Below, piece after piece: positions 58,976 through 64,000 of a stretch of 64,000 nt of DNA. The notes below the pieces were generated by a model that worked only from the letters and a program-made list of their open reading frames with translations, was not told the DNA's origin and made no database searches. The stretch lies in contig CAYWWD010000010.1 in the NCBI GenBank assembly GCA_964461965.1, positions 18-64,017 of the forward strand. The letters run 5' to 3'. The translations under genes were made by a program, and so were the position numbers. The DNA is from an uncultured Halioglobus sp. (GTDB taxonomy: Bacteria > Pseudomonadota > Gammaproteobacteria > Pseudomonadales > Halieaceae). Within the stretch, counting starts at the first letter, position 1; every line of letters begins with the position of its first letter.

Positions 58976-59263
58976 CTAGTCGTGCTTGAGGGATTTTGTA
59001 GTGAACAGGAAATCCTTCAGTTCCTTGTCGAATGTCGGGTCCTGGCGTCGAATCCACTCCAGCACCATGGCCGCGTGTTCTTTTTCCTCGTCCCGGTTGT
59101 GTTCGAGGATGGATCTGAGTTCGTCGTTCTTGCACGCATCCACGCGCTGGTTGTACCAGTCGACGGCCTCCAGTTCCTCCATCAGGGAGGTGATCGCCCG
59201 GTGCATATCCCTGGTCGCGTCCGACAGTTCTTCGATCGGCTCGTGATATCCTTCGTTTGCCAT
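58976..59263 (-). CDS. Encapsulin-associated ferritin-like protein (EncFtn/Flp type)
   Basis: EGYHEP, SLMEELEAVDWYNQR, HNRDEEKEHAAM ferroxidase motifs. Confidence 0.9.
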   Translation of the reverse strand: MANEGYHEPIEELSDATRDMHRAITSLMEELEAVDWYNQRVDACKNDELRSILEHNRDEEKEHAAMVLEWIRRQDPTFDKELKDFLFTTKSLKHD

Positions 59264-59365
59264 TACCTGTTCTCCTGTATTCGGCTTTTTCCCGTATCGG
59301 GAATGACAGCCTATCGCAGATGCCAGCGCCATTAAAGTCACGCGCGCGCATGCTATGATGCCTGT

Positions 59366-60172
59366 ATGCGTCCACTGCTCTTCCTGCTACTGAGTCTTTT
59401 CACCGCCCTCGCCTGCGCGCAGCGGCAGATGACGACCATCCCGGTGTACTACACCACAGCAGCGCAACTGGCGGCCGTCATCCGCCCCCATCTCTCCGAC
59501 GGCAGTACCGTCAGCGTGTTCCAGAACCAGCTGGTGCTGAACGCCACGCCGGAGGAACTGGCCAAAACCCGCGAGCTGCTGCGGCAGCTCGACGTCCGTG
59601 GCCGGCAATTGCTGGTATCGCTGCGCACCGATGGTATGGGTAGCGACAGCAGCCGCGGGGTGGATGTCCAGGGCACTGTACACGCGGGTGACACAGTGAT
59701 CACCAACCAGCAGGGAAGAATCCCCACGGAATCGCGCACCACGGTGCGGGTGCAGAACCACCGCGGCGCGAGTGCGGACAACGGCAACCAGTCGGTGCGC
59801 GTAACAGAAGGGCAAGCGGCGTTTATCGGCACGGGTATGGTCGCCCCGCTGCGCAGCGTCACCGTGGGGCCGGACGGACGTCGCTACGTACAGCAGGAAA
59901 CGGTCAATGCCATGTCGGGCTTCTACGCCACGACCTGGGTCAACGGCGGCAGCGTGCGGATCAGCATCGACCAGAGCAACGACCGCATACAGGGTTCGCA
60001 GATCGCCACTCAGCAATTGCGTTCCGAGGTGAGCGGAGCACTGGGGGAATGGATTCCCATCGGCGGGATCGACACATCGTCCACGCAGCAGGATCGCGGC
60101 CTGGGTTCGCGTGGTCAGTCCAGCCAGGCAAATTCCACGCAGTTGTTCATCAAGGTTGAGGCACTGGAATAA
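59366..60172 (+). CDS. Short secretin-like protein (secretin N-domain plus truncated C-domain)
   Basis: Signal peptide; N-domain (NQLVLNATPEELAKTRELLRQLD); VRVTEGQAAFIGTG and GEWIPIGG motifs. Confidence 0.7.
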   Translation: MRPLLFLLLSLFTALACAQRQMTTIPVYYTTAAQLAAVIRPHLSDGSTVSVFQNQLVLNATPEELAKTRELLRQLDVRGRQLLVSLRTDGMGSDSSRGVDVQGTVHAGDTVITNQQGRIPTESRTTVRVQNHRGASADNGNQSVRVTEGQAAFIGTGMVAPLRSVTVGPDGRRYVQQETVNAMSGFYATTWVNGGSVRISIDQSNDRIQGSQIATQQLRSEVSGALGEWIPIGGIDTSSTQQDRGLGSRGQSSQANSTQLFIKVEALE

Positions 60173-60261
60173 ACCGCTGCGAAGCGCCGCGAGCAGCTCG
60201 CAGGCACCCCCGCAACTTGCTAGGATGCCCGCAGACCATCCCACTCAAGGAGCGCCTCGCA

Positions 60262-61491
60262 ATGACTTCACCCTTCGATCCGGTCCGTATCGGCCCGCTG
60301 CAACTGCGCAACCGCTTCATCAAGTCCGGCGCCAACGAAGCGATGTCCTTCAACGGCGTACCGACCAAAGCCCTGGCCCGGCATCACAGCGAACTCGCCC
60401 GGGGCGGTGTGGGGATGACGACCGTCGCCTACATGGCGGTTGCACCGGAGTCGCGCACCCTGCCCAACCAGATCTGGATGCGCCCCGAAATCCAGCCGGA
60501 CCTGCGCGCCCTGACCGACGCCGTACACGCAGGCGGCGCGGCCATTTCCGCGCAGATCACCCACGGGGGTTCTTTTGTCACCGGTATGAAGGTAAAGGGC
60601 CGCACCATCAGTTCCTCCTCGGGCTTTAATCCGGCGGGGATGCTCAAGGGCAATTTCCTGCAGCGCGCGATGACCGAGGCGGACATGGATCGTGTGATCC
60701 GGGAGTTCGTCGCCGCCGCGCAACTGGCGCGGGATACCGGTTTCGACGCGATCGAACTGCACATGGGCCACGGCTACCTGCTGAACCAGTTCATCTCGCC
60801 GCTCAGCAACCGGCGCGAAGATCAATACGGTGGCAGTGCCGAAAACCGCGTGCGTTTCCCGGCGCGGGTACTCGCCGCGGTCAAGGAGGCAGTCGGCACG
60901 ACCACGGCGGTGCTGGCGAAGATCAACGTCGCCGACGGCACGCGCCGCGGCGCGAAGGTAGAAGATGGAATTGTCACCGCCAAGGCCCTGGAAGCGGCCG
61001 GCGCCGACATGCTGGTGCTGAGCGGCGGCCGCAACGTGGAATCCACCTGGTTCATGTTCGGCAGCCGCATGAACCGCGAGGAAATGAGCAAGGTGTTGAA
61101 GCAACAGGGCGAGTGGATTACCGCCTTCATGATGAAAGCCGCCGCCTCCCGCGAACCGGACGTCAAATTCAAAGAGATGTACTTCCTCGAATACTCGCGC
61201 AAGATTCGCGCGGCAGTCACACTGCCGCTGGCCTTCCTCGGCGGCGTCAAGTCTCTGGCAAACGCCGAGCAGGCCGTGGCGGAAGGATTCGAGTGCGTGG
61301 TGCTGGCGCGCGCGCTGCTGCGCGACCCTAACCTGGTCAACCAGTTCCGCAGCGGCGAACTGACGCAATCACGCTGCGACAACTGCAATGGCTGCGTGGC
61401 GTACATCTACCACCCGGCGGGCACACGCTGTGTCTACAACCCGCCGAACGACCTGGCGCTCAACCGGATACCGGCGAGCGCCGCAGATTAA
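60262..61491 (+). CDS. NADH:flavin oxidoreductase (old yellow enzyme family)
   Basis: LRNRFIKSGANE, QITHGG, IELHMGHGYLLNQFISP..NRREDQYGGSAENR, LARALLRDP. Confidence 0.92.
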   Translation: MTSPFDPVRIGPLQLRNRFIKSGANEAMSFNGVPTKALARHHSELARGGVGMTTVAYMAVAPESRTLPNQIWMRPEIQPDLRALTDAVHAGGAAISAQITHGGSFVTGMKVKGRTISSSSGFNPAGMLKGNFLQRAMTEADMDRVIREFVAAAQLARDTGFDAIELHMGHGYLLNQFISPLSNRREDQYGGSAENRVRFPARVLAAVKEAVGTTTAVLAKINVADGTRRGAKVEDGIVTAKALEAAGADMLVLSGGRNVESTWFMFGSRMNREEMSKVLKQQGEWITAFMMKAAASREPDVKFKEMYFLEYSRKIRAAVTLPLAFLGGVKSLANAEQAVAEGFECVVLARALLRDPNLVNQFRSGELTQSRCDNCNGCVAYIYHPAGTRCVYNPPNDLALNRIPASAAD

Positions 61492-62360
61492 TCGCCGAGC
61501 CCAGCCTCCCCCAGGCCCATAGCCTGCACAGCTTCGGGCGGAATTTCCGGCGTTGACTGCGTCGAGAGATAGCGGGCGCGCTGCTCGGCGAAATCGCGCG
61601 TCATCTCCGGGTGGGTGGACACCCAGAACCGGCCTTCGGCGAGTTGCGGCAGGATACGCCTGGCGGCCTCATCGCCGCTGATACCGCCGCTGGCGATCAT
61701 GCCGTGCATGACCTGCCGGTGGCGCTCGCCGCCCGGCGCGGCCCCGGTAGTCGAATCCTCGAAAATACGCGTGGAGACCAGCCCCGGCAGGATGGCGCTC
61801 ACCACGATGGGCGCTTGCAGAACCTGCATTTCCAGCCGCAGGCATTCCGAGAACGACAGGACCGCATGCTTGCTCAGGATGTAGGAGGTCTGTACCGGCA
61901 TCATGCTCAAGCCGCCGATGGAGGAGGTGTTGGCGATCCAGGCTTTCCTGCCCGCCGCCAGCATGCCGGGCACGAACGCCCGCACGCCGTGTATCACGCC
62001 GTGAATATTGATCCGCAGCGTCTTCTCCCACACATCCGCCGGCAACTCCCAAGTAAAGCCCAGTGTTTCGATACCGGCGTTATTCACCAGCAAGGTCACA
62101 TCGCCGAAGCGCTCGCGGGTGACCGCCGCGAGCGCCTCCAGTGACTCGGGCTGCGAGACATCCGTGTGCACCGCCAGCGCTTCACCGCCCGTCGCATGGA
62201 TTTCCTCGGCGACGGATTCCGCGCGCTGCAGGGACACATCGGCCAGCACGACGCGCATACCGAGCTCCGCACTGTACCGGGCCAGTCCCGCGCCAATGCC
62301 GGAACCGGCACCCGTAATCACCGCCACACCGCCCTGGAAGCACTTCACGTTGTCAGACAT
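61488..62360 (-). CDS. Short-chain dehydrogenase/reductase
   Basis: VITGAGSGIG, LVNNAG, YILSKHA (YxxxK). Confidence 0.92.
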   Translation of the reverse strand: MSDNVKCFQGGVAVITGAGSGIGAGLARYSAELGMRVVLADVSLQRAESVAEEIHATGGEALAVHTDVSQPESLEALAAVTRERFGDVTLLVNNAGIETLGFTWELPADVWEKTLRINIHGVIHGVRAFVPGMLAAGRKAWIANTSSIGGLSMMPVQTSYILSKHAVLSFSECLRLEMQVLQAPIVVSAILPGLVSTRIFEDSTTGAAPGGERHRQVMHGMIASGGISGDEAARRILPQLAEGRFWVSTHPEMTRDFAEQRARYLSTQSTPEIPPEAVQAMGLGEAGLGD

Positions 62361-62397
62361 TGGGGATTTCCTGTTTGCGGCCCATCGAGTGTGCATA

Positions 62398-62808
62398 CTA
62401 TCCCGCCAGGTACAGCGCCGTCACGGGTGCATCGTCGGGATAGCTGCTGGGACCGCCGATATCGCAGGCCGCATTGATGGCCTTGATGCAGACCGGATCG
62501 CGTAGCGGATCGGTGGGAGTCTCACTCTGCACGCCGCGCAAGCGCACGTCGTCGATCAGCATCTCGATCGCGCGCTCGTGCGTCAGGTCATCCGTGCCGT
62601 CCAAGTTCTTCTTGAGCTCAGCGGCGTCCTCGAACACCTCCGCTGACCAGTGCACCATCATTTCATTCTGCACCACGACACCGCGATTGAAGATCGGCGG
62701 CATCAGGCGCTGCGCCTGGTCGGGGGTGTACACCTCCTGCAACGGCACGGACGGCGCCACCGGCCGGAGGTTGTCGGACAATTGCCGCTTTTGGGCTGCG
62801 TTCAGCAT
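62398..62808 (-). pseudogene. Probable internally deleted remnant of a longer conserved hypothetical gene
   Basis: 136-aa ORF that seems to join an N-terminus (..VYTPDQAQRLM), a short middle motif (PPIFNRGVVVQNEMM) and a C-terminus (VHWSAEVFED..TDDLTHE..PTDPLRDP); the longer family is recalled from memory, not verified. Confidence 0.5.
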
Positions 62809-62809
62809 A

Positions 62810-62851
62810 CGGGTTCTGCAGAAGGTCCCTCATGTGCACGTCGGTGATCTG
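62810..62851 (-). pseudogene. 42-nt sulfotransferase remnant (QITDVHMRDLLQNP)
   Basis: 33 of 42 nt match 63681-63722 (QITDVHFKDLMQDP) in the sulfotransferase at the window end. Confidence 0.55.
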
Positions 62852-62922
62852 CCGGAGCGGAGTCACTTTAATGCGGAGCCTACAAGGCACGCACCATCCG
62901 AGACCTCCATGTCGATCCGGCA

Positions 62923-63312
62923 CTATTTCACGGGTATCACAGCCGGGTCGCCCTTGTTCTTGACGAAGAACACCAGGAACTTCGCTGGAGCAGTCTTGCT
63001 CGCATTTCGACCCACGGTGTGCACATCATCGGGGGACTCGTAAAAAGTCTGGCCCGGATTCAGGACAACCTCCTCGCCGCCTTCCACCTGCATGACGATA
63101 GAGCCTTCCAGCACATAGACAAACGTATGGGCATTGTGTCGGTGGACAGAGTCTGTACCACCCGGCGGGAACGTAACGGTGAGCATGACCCCTTCCTTTC
63201 CAGGAAGGTCTGCAAGATCCTTTGAAAGGAGCAGGTTGACGTCCGACTGCTGCGCCAGGACAGAACTGGAGACAAGACCCATGAGACAACAAATGAACAG
63301 GATGATTCTCAT
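62923..63312 (-). CDS. Exported cupin domain protein
   Basis: Signal ending VLA; HRHNAHTFVYVLEG and GQTFYESPDDVH cupin motifs. Confidence 0.9.
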   Translation of the reverse strand: MRIILFICCLMGLVSSSVLAQQSDVNLLLSKDLADLPGKEGVMLTVTFPPGGTDSVHRHNAHTFVYVLEGSIVMQVEGGEEVVLNPGQTFYESPDDVHTVGRNASKTAPAKFLVFFVKNKGDPAVIPVK

Positions 63313-63470
63313 CGCAAACTCCTCAATATTTGAACGACCGTATCTTTCGATGATATGGGATTTCCGCAAACCTGTGCGCTTGCCGAAGTTTGCGCGATTC
63401 GGGCCAATGCGGTTTCCTCGACGCCAGAGAGCGCCAATGTAGTTTCCCGGCAAACATCGCCAACGACGAT

Positions 63471-64000
63471 TCAATCCTCCAGCACGATGCCGTAGTGATC
63501 CGTGTAGAAGCGGAACTCCTCGCGGATACCCTGTTTGCTGAGCCCGTAGTCCTCGGGTGCGTAGCGGTGTTTGCCGAACTGGTCGCGCGGCTTGTGCGCG
63601 AGGTAGTCGCGGATTGCGCCTGCGAAACTCGCCGTGAACGGCAGCCCCAGTGCGTCGTAGCTGCGCTCCACCGTACCCACCGGATCCTGCATGAGATCCT
63701 TAAAGTGCACGTCCGTGATCTGCCCGGGCGGGATCGCGCCGCTGCCGCGCTCTTCAATGACCTTGCGCAGCATCCCGCCGTAGCCTGCCACCACCATCTG
63801 GCCGAGGAGTCTGGCATCCACGCCGTTGGCGCGGCTGCCGCGCATCAGCGTGGAGAGACTCACGGTGGACGGCACCGAGCGCACCGGATCGCGGTGAGTG
63901 TGGATAATCCGGATGTCCGGGTACTGGCGCAGCAGGTGGTCGAGGTTGCCGAGATGCGCCGGTGACTTCAGCAGCCAGCGGCGCGCGTCACCGCGCCCGT
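63471..64000 (-). CDS. Sulfotransferase (Stf type), 3' part; 5' end is outside the window
   Basis: WLLKSPAHLGNL, IHTHRDPVRSVPS, FGKHRYAPEDYGL. Confidence 0.85.
   Translation of the reverse strand, partial: GRGDARRWLLKSPAHLGNLDHLLRQYPDIRIIHTHRDPVRSVPSTVSLSTLMRGSRANGVDARLLGQMVVAGYGGMLRKVIEERGSGAIPPGQITDVHFKDLMQDPVGTVERSYDALGLPFTASFAGAIRDYLAHKPRDQFGKHRYAPEDYGLSKQGIREEFRFYTDHYGIVLED

Overview
GC-rich, gene-dense 64 kb chromosomal window. Its gene content (many Stf-type sulfotransferases, TonB-dependent receptors, lipid-degrading oxidoreductases, DUF3313/DUF2860-like envelope proteins) suggests a Gammaproteobacterium, probably Halieaceae/OM60-NOR5; this is an inference. No rRNA, tRNA, CRISPR array, transposase or phage gene was recognised. 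Main blocks: (1) 0-10 kb, housekeeping and envelope genes (ABC-F ATPase, alkyl-sulfatase-like MBL plus sulfotransferase, bactofilin, GDPD lipoprotein). (2) 10-22 kb, a divergent surface-glycan locus (WcaJ-type priming transferase, sulfotransferases, WecB/TagA GT, flippase, GT2, GT11-like, sulfotransferase-GT fusion, and a GT-C-like membrane pair instead of visible Wzy/Wzz). (3) opgG-orf-opgH periplasmic glucan operon. (4) Two intact TonB receptors around a CoA transferase, then cls, aguAB and a multiply deleted third TonB receptor. (5) 40-54 kb, lipid/steroid-type catabolic genes interrupted by a tandem SET-domain pair and a dockerin-tailed matrixin convergent with a possibly cohesin-like lipoprotein. 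(6) A secreted beta-propeller/diheme/TSP3 protein ending in an apparently unpaired C-terminal Cys (LPPGC-stop), followed directly by a divergent Lgt paralog; this is the best candidate for an undescribed C-terminal lipidation/anchoring system. (7) An orphan encapsulated-ferritin-type gene, a mini-secretin, oxidoreductases and a deletion scar near 62.4-62.9 kb. A three-copy hairpin repeat family has a conserved core and variable self-complementary arms. All family assignments come from motif recognition by eye; no database searches were run.
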